Assembly (NCBI RefSeq): GCF_006345805.1
Contig: NW_021836929.1
Span: 1 to 22,344 of the forward strand
Length of the DNA stretch: 22,344 bases
Direction: 5' to 3'
Source of the DNA: Octopus sinensis
Lineage: Eukaryota
Shown here in pieces: positions 1 through 9,947 of this stretch (within the stretch, counting starts at the first letter, position 1; the number at the start of each line of letters is the position of its first letter). Under the pieces are notes generated by a model. That model did no database searches. It had not been told where the DNA came from and saw only the letters and a program-made list of their open reading frames with translations. Position numbers and translations under genes: made by a program.

Positions 1-2
1 CT

Positions 3-278
3 ATGTATGTGTGTGTGTGTGTGCGTGCATGTGTGAGTGTGTGTGCTGGTGTTGTTGTAGGTGTTTGCATGTGTTACTGTGCGTGTGTGTGTGTATGCAT
101 GTTATGCATGTGTGTTGATGCGCGCGCGCGTGTATGTATGTGTATGCGCGTGTGTGTGTATGTGTGTGTGTTGCGCATGCTTGTGTGTGTGTATGCGTGT
201 GTGTGTGTTTGTGTGTATGTTACTGCGCGTGCATGAGTGCGCATGTTTGTGTGTGCATGTGTGTGTATGCGTGTGTGT
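3..278. repeat. Compound (TG)n/(TA)/(CG) dinucleotide microsatellite
   Basis: Continuous gtgtgt with at/gc interruptions; source of the CV/TH-rich spurious ORFs. Confidence 0.95.
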
Positions 279-419
279 AAGCATGTATTCTTGTGCTTTG
301 AAACAGGACACATTAGAAAATGTAGCCCTAGATACACTATGCCCACATGAAACCCAGCTGGAACAACTCTAATCATATATATATAGAATCTTTGCTTGGT
401 TGGAGATGACCTGGGGTTA

Positions 420-508
420 AACAACAACAACAACACCAACAGCGGCAGCAGCAACAACTTCAGCATCAGCAGCAGCAGCAACATCAGCAACAACAACAAC
501 AACATCTT

Positions 509-539
<31 letters not shown>

Positions 540-679
540 AGCAACAACAACAGCATCATCATCATCATCATCGTCTGCAGCAGCAGCAGAAGCAACAACA
601 ACAACAACAATAACAACACCAGCATCATCATCATCATCATCATCATCAGCAGCAACAAGAACAACAAGAACAACAACAG

Positions 680-738
<59 letters not shown>

Positions 739-844
739 AGAACGACAACAACAACAACAACAACAACAAGAACAAGAAGAAGAAGAACAACAACAACAAC
801 GGCGGCAGCAGCATCAGCCTCAGCAGCAGCAGCAGCAGCAACAA
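420..844. repeat. Compound CAN trinucleotide repeat (CAA/CAG/CAT blocks, opa-like)
   Basis: Phase-constant CAA, CAG and CAT runs; TAA at 611-613 interrupts the Q/H frame. Confidence 0.95.
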
Positions 845-991
845 AAGACGGACACCTTGAATAATGTAGTCCTCGATACACTATTTCTACATAAAAAAAA
901 AAAAGCAGAAGAAAGATCAAGACACACAGACATTGCAGTAAAACTCTCTCCTCGCCTGTTCTTATATACTTTTCTTCTTTTAAACACATTC

Positions 992-1040
992 AACCAATCA
1001 CAACTCCCGCTTTCTTCCAATGACGTCATCATGCGCCTCT
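992..1040. promoter_or_regulatory. Candidate promoter-motif cluster (CCAAT box, GC-rich motif, CRE palindrome)
   Basis: aaccaatca at 992-1000, ctcccgc near 1004-1010, atgacgtcat at 1020-1029; motif matches only. Confidence 0.25.
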
Positions 1041-1134
1041 AGTTTTTTCTCCCCCCCCCCCCTTATTTTTCTTCTTTATTTTATATTATTTTTCCGTTGT
1101 TTTCTTTCGTAACCGTCAATCAAACACTCACAAA

Positions 1135-1350
1135 ATCTCTGTCTCTCTCTCTTTCCCCCCCCCTCTCTCTCTCTCTCGCGCCTCTCTGTCTCTCTTTTTG
1201 TTTCCTCCTTCTCTCCTCTCTCTCTCTCTCTCTCACACTTTCTCTTCTATCTTTCATACTTTCCACTCTATGTTATACTCTCTCTCACTCTCTCTGTCTT
1301 TGCCTCTCTCTCTCTCTCACTCTCTCTGTCTTTGCTTCTCTCTCTCTCTG
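1135..1350. repeat. (CT)n-rich polypyrimidine microsatellite
   Basis: ctctct runs. Confidence 0.9.
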
Positions 1351-1414
1351 CTTCTGATTAATAAATTTCATTACAGTATTTAATAAAGCGTCTCTTGTGG
1401 GCAGTGGTAGGGGA

Positions 1415-2100
1415 GATAGTGGTGATGGTCATGGTGGTGGTAGTGGTGGTGGTGGTTGTGATGGCGTTAGTGGTGGTGATTGTGGTAATTAATGATGATG
1501 GGGGATAGTGACAGTGGAGGTGGTAATAGTGGTGATGATGGTGGTGGTGATGGTGGTGGTGATAATGGTTGTTGGAGGTGATAAGGCGGCGAGCTGGCAG
1601 AACCGTTAGCACGCCGGGCGAAATGCGTAGCCGTATTTCGTCTGCCGTTACGTTCTGAGTTCAAATTCCGCCGAGGTCGACTTTGCCTTTCATCCTTTCA
1701 AGGTCGACAAATAAAGTACCAGTTACTGGGGTCGATGTAATCGACTTAACCCGTTTGTCAGTCCTTGTTTGTTCTCTCTGTGTTTAGCCCCTTGGGGGTA
1801 ATAAAGAAATAAGTATTTCGTCTGCCGTTACGTTCTGAGTTCAAATTCCGCCGAGGTCGACTTTGCCTTTCATCCTTTCGGGGTCGATAAATTAAGTACC
1901 AGTTACGCATTGGGGTCGATGTAATCGACTTAATCCGTTTGTCAGTCCTTGTTTGTCCCCTCTGTGTTTAGCCCCTTGTGGGTAGTAAAGAAACAGATAA
2001 TGGTTGTTGGAGGTGATGGTCGTGGTTACGGTGATGGCAGTAGTGATGATAGTGATGGTAGTGATGGTGATGGTGGAGGTGGTGATAGTGGTTGAGGTAG
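1415..2100. repeat. GGT/GAT trinucleotide tract split by the SINE dimer
   Basis: ggt/gat/agt triplets at 1415-1582 resume at 1996-2100. Confidence 0.85.
1583..1995 (+). mobile_element. Family A tRNA-derived SINE dimer (full copy 1583-1811 plus 5'-truncated copy 1813-1995)
   Basis: A-box-like tggcagaaccgttag, B-box-like gagttcaaattcc, tail taaagaaata; 22-bp TSD gataatggttgttggaggtgat at 1561-1582 and 1996-2017. Confidence 0.92.
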
Positions 2101-2289
2101 TAGGATTGCAGGGTGCGCATGCGCACATATGCGTGTATAATAGTGTGTAGTATGAATGGATGTTGTTTAATCGTGGGTCAACTGTGGTCTGGTTGCACAA
2201 TTCACGAATCAAAGAAACCTGTGCAGCGTACAAGCCAGTTGCTGTGACAAAATGGAGTGCGTTAATGTCTCAAGTCCTCGGACTAATAG

Positions 2290-2438
2290 GTTCTGTCTCC
2301 TGGTTTTCATGGCGCAGAAGTGAACAAAATCGAAACATTCCCCATGAACGTGTCACCAGGCCCGCGCAGGGTTACTCATCTGAAGCTGAGTATACGAGAG
2401 CAACGTTAAATGAAGTGTTTTGTTCAACAGTACAACGT
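2290..2438 (-). mobile_element. Decayed SINE fragment (family E, same type as 13591-13692)
   Basis: cgcagggttactcat...gcaacgttaaatgaagtgttttgttcaacagtacaac resembles an antisense tRNA-SINE body; shares ggttt(t)c..tggcg and cgcag motifs with 13591-13692. Confidence 0.5.
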
Positions 2439-2441
2439 ACT

Positions 2442-2543
2442 GATGTAATCTCCAGGGATACAGGCATCCAGCAACAAGACCTCCGTAATGCTATGATGGA
2501 CCGCGAAGTCTGGCGTAGCATAATAAATTCCATTGTCTCGACC
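2442..2543 (+). mobile_element. RTE-clade LINE ORF C-terminal fragment
   Basis: Translates DVISRDTGIQQQDLRNAMMDREVWRSIINSIVST, matching the RTE C-terminal D-R-x-x-W-R motif I recognise. Confidence 0.75.
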
Positions 2544-2627
2544 AAATCACAGTCGCATGATTGGGAGTACAGTACACTAATCATGTGCAGCAAAGAAAGT
2601 GCAGGCGACTAGCATCAACTTTTCCAG

Positions 2628-2692
2628 TGCATTCATTTTATCAACTCTGAATGATGAAAGATAACGCCTGGCAGATTTGATCTCTGGACGTA
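2628..2692 (-). mobile_element. Old family A SINE fragment
   Basis: cattttatcaactctgaatgatgaaagataacgcctggcagatttgatctctggacgta resembles the antisense family A centre and B-box. Confidence 0.5.
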
Positions 2693-2697
2693 TATAA

Positions 2698-2981
2698 TAC
2701 TCTTTTACTCTTTTACTTGTTTCAGTCATTTGACTGTGGCCATGCTGGAGCACCGCCCTTTAGTCGAGCAAATCGACCCCAGGACTTATTCTTAGGAAGC
2801 CTAGTACTTATTCTATCAGTCTCTTTTGCTGAACCGCTAAGTTACGGGGACATAAACACACCACCATCGATTGTCAAGCAATGGTGGGGGGGGGGACAAA
2901 CACAGACACACAAACATATGCACACATACATATATATATATATACATATACGACGGGCTTCTTCCAATTTCCGTCTACCAA
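2698..2981 (-). mobile_element. Family B SINE, 5'-truncated
   Basis: Colinear with the full copy at 9562-9947; (tactcttt)n tail at the left end. Confidence 0.9.
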
Positions 2982-3074
2982 CTAATAAACAACTTCTTTG
3001 ACATTTTTCCCAGGGTGCGCTTTTCTGATCTATTCTACCCGTTAATATTGGTTCAAAATATTAACGTTTTCTCT

Positions 3075-3140
3075 GCATATTGTAAAAGGCGACTAAAAGA
3101 GGTTGGAGTAGGATTTGCACTCTGACCTCATAAAACCCTC
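3075..3140 (-). mobile_element. Possible RTE LINE 3' UTR remnant
   Basis: Minus strand ttttagtcgccttttacaatatgcag resembles the RTE 3' motif tttagtcgcctcttacgac as I recall it. Confidence 0.3.
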
Positions 3141-3179
3141 ATCAGCAACGTCTACTCAAACAAACCAATAGGTTAGAGG

Positions 3180-3870
3180 GTTTATTGCCCGAAAGGTGAG
3201 AAAGGCGTCATCTGACAAGCGTAGGGAATCGCCGACGAGTGGTGGATGCAGTGACAGGCAGTACCAGTGCATTCCCCCACATCTGACATGAACGCTATAG
3301 TGGAATTTATGACATGCTGTGGTTTATTGCAGTATGCAGTACAGTGTTGCAATCTGGACTCTCTCCACCGCCCAATCTATTTTTGTAGGAATTACAACCG
3401 TGTTTCGTGGTCTGCTACCACAACAGCTCCTTTATAGGATCCAGGTAGCTCAAGACATCACCAGGACGAACCATGTCCGGTTTCGGCCCCTACTCCTCTA
3501 CCGTTTTGAAGTGGCGGACCCCGTCCCCTTTCGGAGGTGTCTTCAGCTCTGGTGTTGGGTGCATGTCTTCTTTCTTCAGTTCCCTGGCCTATTCGATGTA
3601 TCGTCAACGAGTGTCAGCCGGTGACTGACTGACTTGTCAAATTTCTCCCTTTAAATACCTGCCGCTAGGCTCCAGCAGGCAGCCCCAGCAAGTTGTCACG
3701 TGACACTGTTTCTCCTTAACTGACTAGTGAAGGCGCGTAGTCTTAGCCCGCGCATTCTCTGAACGACCATCACCTGTCAGTCAGCGAAGCTGATTCAGTG
3801 TCAGCTTGTCTCACCTAGTGATGTTATTTCCCGCCGGCATGGTATGATGAACTTCAAGCCATTTTTGGTC
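3180..3870 (-). mobile_element. GC-rich Penelope-like pseudo-LTR / retrozyme-like repeat (boundaries approximate)
   Basis: Minus strand order: palindrome tgtcacgtgaca (3694-3705), TATTTAAA (3657-3650), AGTCAGTCAGTC initiator-like (3634-3623), hammerhead-like core (3554-3459), AATAAA (3328-3323). Confidence 0.45.
3459..3554 (-). ncRNA. Type I hammerhead ribozyme-like motif (degenerate stem II base)
   Basis: CACCAG-ag-CUGAAGA ... GAAA-C-CGGAC-aug-GUUCG-UC-CUGGUG; stems I and III pair, GUC cleavage triplet at 3467-3465. Confidence 0.5.
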
Positions 3871-4009
3871 AATGGTTGACTGCAGTGTTTCAAATTCGTA
3901 CATTGTTGTGCCTTCTCTAGTGTCCAGTGTATATTCCTATACGTTTCTTGTTATCATCATCACCAGACAAACCTTTGATGAAGATTTTCCGTCCGTAGCA
4001 ATCCTAGTT

Positions 4010-4125
4010 TATGGTGGTGGAGATTGTATTGATGGGGGTGGTGGTGATCGCGGTGGTGGTGGTGGTGATGGCGATGGTGCTGAGAACGATTGTGATGGTT
4101 AGGGTGATGGTAGTTGTGATGGTAG
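4010..4125. repeat. GGT/GAT trinucleotide tract
   Basis: Direct reading. Confidence 0.8.
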
Positions 4126-4269
4126 TAGACGACCACTTTGCTGAATGTGTCGTTTCAGATGTTAAGGAGTGGTTTGATCTTCACTGGTTCTATACCTTTG
4201 CTGTTGTAAATGATGATGATGATGATGGCCCTAGGACAGCCCTAGTGGAGGAGATCGATCTGAAATTAT

Positions 4270-4440
4270 AAGCATTCCACAGCCATAACTAACTGGTCTT
4301 TCTGTCCAAATACACCGAGGACTACGTTATCCAATGTATCTCTGCCATATTTAATAAGGTAGTCTGTCATATGAGGCCGAGATTGTCTACTGTCCATTAA
4401 CTGACCAACCCAACCTCATAGTCTTCGTTTGTTCCTCCTA
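4270..4440 (-). mobile_element. Highly decayed RTE-like ORF fragment
   Basis: Stop-interrupted minus frame TKTMRLGW...DRLPY*IWQRYIG*RSPRCIWTE loosely fits RTE RLRW..DRLP..W.P.G.R.RGRP..W. Confidence 0.3.
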
Positions 4441-4730
4441 GTAGTGGTCGCAACCTGGACTCTGTTAGAGTGTGATAGTTGCTGGTTTCCTGCATTTATA
4501 ATTGATGGCGTGTATCGTGGCAGAATGTTTGTAGCTAATGAGGTTATTAATATTAATGCTAGTTATTTGGTTTGGTTGTGTATGTGCTTTTATAATTCTT
4601 GTATCTAGGCTATATAAAAATGTATTTTAACTAAAATATTCTTTTGTCAATCTGCTTTTTGATATCAGATCCACGTAAGGGACCTTTTCTGCTTGAGTCA
4701 TAAAACTAATAGAAAGTTTTGAAATTTTAT

Positions 4731-4832
4731 GCCTGCGAGGTAAGAAGCTTTTTTCCTAATCACATGGTTCCGAGCCGACCGAAGCCCTGTGAATGGATTT
4801 GGTAGACAGGAACTGGAAGAAACCCGTCGTAT
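4731..4832 (+). mobile_element. Old family B SINE 5' part with an internal deletion
   Basis: ggtaagaagc...cacatggttcc/gagccgaccgaagccctgtgaatggattttggtagacaggaactggaagaaacccgtcgtat aligns to the head and body of 9562-9947. Confidence 0.75.
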
Positions 4833-5232
4833 GTATATACATTTTCTGTTTTTTAACCTACCACGTTTTCTATATGATTTCTTCTTATCATTTCGCGTTT
4901 CTTCTCTCATTCAATTTTTTGTTCGTTATATGTGGTTAGTGCCTGATGAATGTGTTTGAGGTATTTCTCAACATAGGAAACTATTAGTAGCACATAAAAA
5001 CATATATTGTGTCTACTAAATAATTGTTATCCCTTATCGGATGAATTAATTTTTTTATTGGTCTTACCACCACGGAGCAAGTGTGTGTGTGTGTGTGTGT
5101 GTGTAATAAAAGATTAGTTGAATTAGGTACTTAAATTGAAGACTCGCTTGAAACGGACGTAATGAATTGACACCTGTATATCTTTGTTACTCATTTATAT
5201 CTATATCTACAAATATATATATATATATATAT

Positions 5233-5278
<46 letters not shown>

Positions 5279-5320
5279 TACGCGAGAAGTTGAGGTTATA
5301 AGAGATAATGGTGTCAATGC

Positions 5321-5475
5321 ATGTGTGTGTTTGTGTTTGTGTGTGCGTGTTTCTGTCCTTGTTTGTCCTCCACCACCGCTTGACAACCGATGTTGATGTG
5401 TTTACGTCCCCATAATTTAGCGGTTCGGAAAAAGGGACCGATAGAATACGTACCAGAAAAAATAAGTAGTGGGGC
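5321..5475 (+). mobile_element. Old family B SINE 3' part
   Basis: gcttgacaaccgatgttgatgtgtttacgtccccataatttagcggttcgg...gaccgatagaata matches family B; may be the same copy as 4731-4832. Confidence 0.8.
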
Positions 5476-6106
5476 AAGGATTGGTAAGAAAGATTGGTTA
5501 GAAGGATAAAAAATAATAAAATAAAAATAAAAACATAGGTATTACGGCAAATGTTGATTGGGAGTATTTTACATATGCTGACATAAACACAAATATCGTG
5601 AGCTCTCCATTCCTCTTCTATTAGACTCACCCGCAAGTTCCTTCTCTTCCATTTTCTCTTTCCCTTTTATTTCTTGCTTTCTCACCTTCCCTACTTACTC
5701 TCTACTTTTCTCGCTCTCTCCTCATTCCTCTTATCCCGGATTGAGTTTGGGATGGATTATATTTCCCTATCTAGTTCTTCTATCCTGCTCAATATCTTCC
5801 ATCTTGAACTAGACCTGCCATGCAAACAGACGACGAAAATTAAGTATTATACACTTTTCTTTTTTCTTTACTTCTCTAAATGCTTTTCATTCTTTTTCCT
5901 CTGTTTGAGAAAGAACCCAATCCAGTGTGTTTGCTTGTCTTCTGTTTCTTCCATTGGCGTATTTATTTTCATTGTACATTTCAGAGATCCTTGTTTTTCT
6001 CACGTTTACCTTCTTGTCCTTGTTTCTCACCTCCTTGCCTCATATCTTTACTCCTGATATTTATGTGTGTGACTGTGTGTGTATGTACGTGTGTATGTAA
6101 TTATTA

Positions 6107-6109
<3 letters not shown>

Positions 6110-6191
<82 letters not shown>

Positions 6192-6197
6192 ATATAC
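6110..6197. repeat. (TA)n microsatellite
   Basis: Direct reading; another lies at about 5213-5280. Confidence 0.95.
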
Positions 6198-6650
6198 ATC
6201 ACACATAGACACATACATATAGACACATATATACACACACATGTACAATATATATCGCATTGTTTTATATTTTTTTTATATATATCACATTATATTTTTC
6301 CTTTTTTGTTCTATCTTTATTATACGTTTCAAATTCCTTTTTGCTTCTCATCTGATTTTATATTTATTTCATTTTAATTGTATTATTTTTTAAATGCATT
6401 GTCGTCGTTTTTAATATTCTATACTACTTTTTTTCGATTTTAATTATATTTTAATTATATAGCTTTGTCATTCTTAATAACACTGTATTTATATTTTCTT
6501 ATTTCAACTATATTTTATCTATGTTTATTTTTCTCAGCTGCCATATTTTTGTATATTTTTCAAAGATTTTTAGATGTAGTTTGTTACATGTATTTTTCTC
6601 TTGTATTTTTATAAATATTTTCTTAATGTTTAAATGAATTCTATAATACA

Positions 6651-6748
6651 TCCATACATACATACATACATACATACATACATACATACATACATACATA
6701 CATACATACATACATACATACATACACACACACATATATATATATATA
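6651..6748. repeat. (TACA)n followed by (CA)/(TA)
   Basis: Direct reading. Confidence 0.95.
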
Positions 6749-6981
6749 ATTTTCAGTTGTAATTTTTAAAATACTTTTAAAAACATTAGAGTTGTATTTT
6801 AATATATATATATATATTTTTCCCTTCAATTTATATTTTATTATTTTAAAAGGAGATATATTTTTCTTTTAATTTTATTTCGAAAATTCATGTCAGAAAT
6901 ATTTATTAAATATATTTCAATTACTTTTTTCCTGTTTATGTATTTATACATTTCTTGTCTTTTGATTGGCTTCTGTCATAG

Positions 6982-7020
6982 GACTGCGGCAAAGCTGGAA
7001 CAGTGTGCTCGAGAGATTTA
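6982..7020 (+). other. Candidate 39-nt symmetric exon
   Basis: Pyrimidine-rich acceptor ...ttctgtcatag, donor gtaaat; open in two frames (GLRQSWNSVLERF or DCGKAGTVCSRDL); no homology recognised. Confidence 0.2.
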
Positions 7021-7482
7021 GTAAATTATATCAGGTTATTTATTTTTGTCTGGTAATTAATTTTATTAAACTCTTAATGATGAATGCCAAGGTCGACTTA
7101 GGCAAAAAGGGACATAACCGAGATGACACGCAAACATATCAAAGTATTTTTGTCCGATGTATTGTCTTGGTATTCCTTGGTGATATACGCACACATAGAT
7201 TCACGCACACTTACACACATACACACACTTACACACACCCCACGCGCGCGCTCATACACACGCGAATCAATATAACGAACATTTTATTTAAGACTTCCAT
7301 CTAACAATTTTAAAAGATTCTTTCTTTGGTCGACCCCGGAATGCACTGTAAAATATACACCCGAAAACTGATACGGAACCCAAAATCATGGAATTATAAT
7401 ATAATTTTTTTTAACCCCAGTGGTTATACTTCCAATACTTTATTGTTTCCATATATATATATATATATATATTTTTTTTTTG

Positions 7483-7613
7483 TACTTGTTTCAGTCATTT
7501 GACTGCGGCCATGCTGGAGCACCGCCTTTAGTCGAGCAAATCGACCCTGGGACTTATTCTTTTTGTAAGCCCAGTACTTATTCTATCGGTCTCTTTTTGC
7601 CGAACCGCTAAGT
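7483..7613 (-). mobile_element. Family B SINE, 3' fragment
   Basis: Close match to the 3' third of 9562-9947. Confidence 0.9.
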
Positions 7614-7617
7614 AAAA

Positions 7618-7672
<55 letters not shown>

Positions 7673-8150
7673 TACAATCCAATGATTGAAAAAAGCAAAA
7701 GATAAAAGATATATGCGCTCGCATATATATGTATGTATGTATGTACATATATATTTGTATGGCTACACGCATATATTATTCATATATTTTTGTATACATG
7801 CATACAGATATAGTTACAGTATTTTTCATTTTTTAGTTTTCATTCTGCTCTCTTCTCTGTATTCCACCATTCCTTCAATCATTCATCCCTTTTATTCGTA
7901 GATTTCATTTAGCGTCTTATTTATTTAATTAAGCTAATAAATTAGTTTCTAATTTTTCATGTTTAATTCGTTTATTATGCATTTATACGTGAAGATTTTC
8001 TTTTTTGATCAAATGTACTGAAAAATGTATAAATTCATTTATTGTGACCAAATTAAATTTCTTCTTTTTTCTCAATGTGTGAATACGATGAGTACGATGA
8101 CCAATGTTTATGGTTTTGGAAGCATCATTCTAATCTGGAATGCTTACCAT

Positions 8151-8425
8151 TTACTTTTATCTTTTACTTGTTTCAACCATTGAATTGCTACCATGCTGGG
8201 ACACAGTTAACCAAACAAATTGTCTTCAGTACTTACTGATCTTTTAACGAAACCAACAATTGTTGTCAAACGATGGTGCGACAAACAAAAGCACAAACAC
8301 AAACATACACATACGATGGGCTTCTTTCAGTTTCCGTCTACCAAATCCACTCAAAAGCCCTTGGTCAGCTCGAGGCTGTAGTAAAATCCACCTGCTCAAG
8401 TTGTCACTCAGCGGGACTGAAAACC
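8151..8425 (-). mobile_element. Old family B SINE with deletions; partly re-duplicated at 9025-9242
   Basis: ttttacttgtttcaaccattg...catacgatgggcttctttcagtttccgtctaccaaatccactca...gggactgaaaacc. Confidence 0.85.
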
Positions 8426-9561
8426 TTAGTCCCCTGCTGGTCCCAAAACAAACCTTTCTATTGGTTTTAGAGACATAGATATTAGACCCGACTCAAACTG
8501 TGTCCTACTATAGTCTGTCACTATTTTACACATCAGTTTCACATATATTTGTTTCAATGTCCTCTTCTTTTGTTGATCATGAAATATCAATGGACCTAGA
8601 AGCAGGTATTCCTTTATAGACTCATGACTCTTCCAAAACCTTATAAGTAAACTAAAGTAAATACTGTCTTGAATCTTAAGACTCATAGGGCCAGTTATCT
8701 CACTTTTATGGCAAAGAATGTGCGGATTTCTCAATTGTATCTCTTCGTCTTATCCCATGTCTTTGCAAATTCTCCTCCAGGTAAGCTCACACGAGGTGTG
8801 GAGGTGCGTCGAGTTGTTGAAAAAAAAATCATTTCCATAAAGTACATGTATGGCAGGTGAAATGGACATGCATAGTATTTCTAGGTAATCTTGGCTAATA
8901 ACAGAGCCTTCAAGGAAAAATGGTCCTGTTACACCTCTTGATGATGCTCCCCACCGGCCATGGTAAACTGACTGCTTTGTCTTTAAGCAAGCAAGGAGTT
9001 TCTGATGCCTAGTTAACACAATCATAACCAAACAAATTGACTTCAGTACTTACTGATCTTTTAATGAAACCAACAATTGTTGTCAAACGATGCTGCGGCA
9101 AACAAAAGCACAAACACAAACATACACATACGATGGGATTCTTTCAGTTTCCGTCTACCAAATCCGCTCAAAAAGGCTTGGTCAGCTCGAGGCTGTAGTA
9201 AAAGCCACCTTCTCAAGTTGTCATGCAGCGGGACTGAAAACCTTAGTCCCCTGCTGGTCCCAAAATGAACCTTAGAGACACAGATATTAGACCCGACTCA
9301 AAGAAAAATGGTCCTGTTACACCTCTTGGTGATGCTCCCCACCGGCCATGGTAAACTGACTGCTTTGTCTACATGCAAGCAAGGAGTTTCTGATGCCTAG
9401 TAAATACAACAATTTCGCTCTTCATTTACCTTAAATTGCCCTTCATCAGACCACACAATCGTCTTCAGAAACTCTTCGTCCTCACCTAACATGTGCACTT
9501 ACGTCACTTTGATTCCTCGATCAGAATCGTCATCGCTAATTGTATGTAATAATCTTGGGAT

Positions 9562-9947
9562 TTTATTCTTTATTTTTTTTTGTTTCAGTCATTTTACTGT
9601 GGCAATGCTGGAGCACCACCTTTAGTCGAGCAAATCGACCCCAGGACCTATTCTTTGTAAGCCTAGTACTTATTCTATCGGGTTTCTCTTGCCGAACCGC
9701 TAAGTGACGGGGACGTAAACACACCAGCATCGATTGTCAAGTGATGTTGGCGGACAAACACACACACACACACACACACACATATACGACGGGCTTCTTT
9801 CAGTTTCCGTCTACCAAATCCACTCACAAGGCTTTGGTCGGCCCGAGGCTATAGTAGAAGACACTTGCCCAAGGTGCCACGCAGTGGGACTGAACCCGGA
9901 ACCATGTGGTTGGTAGGCAAGCTACTTACCACACAGCCACTCCTGCG
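9562..9947 (-). mobile_element. Family B tRNA-derived SINE, full length, inserted in the transposase
   Basis: Head cgcaggagtggctgtgtggtaag (A box) ... ggttcagtccc (B box); its removal restores the WKVYIPRLLH frame. Confidence 0.92.

Noticed and set aside
74-989. Long ORFs of 154-256 aa (poly-L/M, poly-N/S/I, poly-V/A/D)
   Set aside because: Translations of the CAN and TG microsatellites; the Q/H frame has a TAA at 611-613 and no start codon
2160-2612. 150-aa ORF
   Set aside because: Chimeric read-through of a SINE fragment and an RTE C-terminal scrap, not a gene
3139-3146. Second CUGAUGA as another hammerhead
   Set aside because: No paired stem II plus GAAA and no NUH/stem I partner found downstream
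3319-3624. 101-aa plus-strand ORF
   Set aside because: Antisense to the LTR-like cassette; no domain recognised
5633-5813. Minus-strand exon candidate with a perfect GG/gtgagt donor
   Set aside because: All frames I checked stop early; purine-rich low complexity
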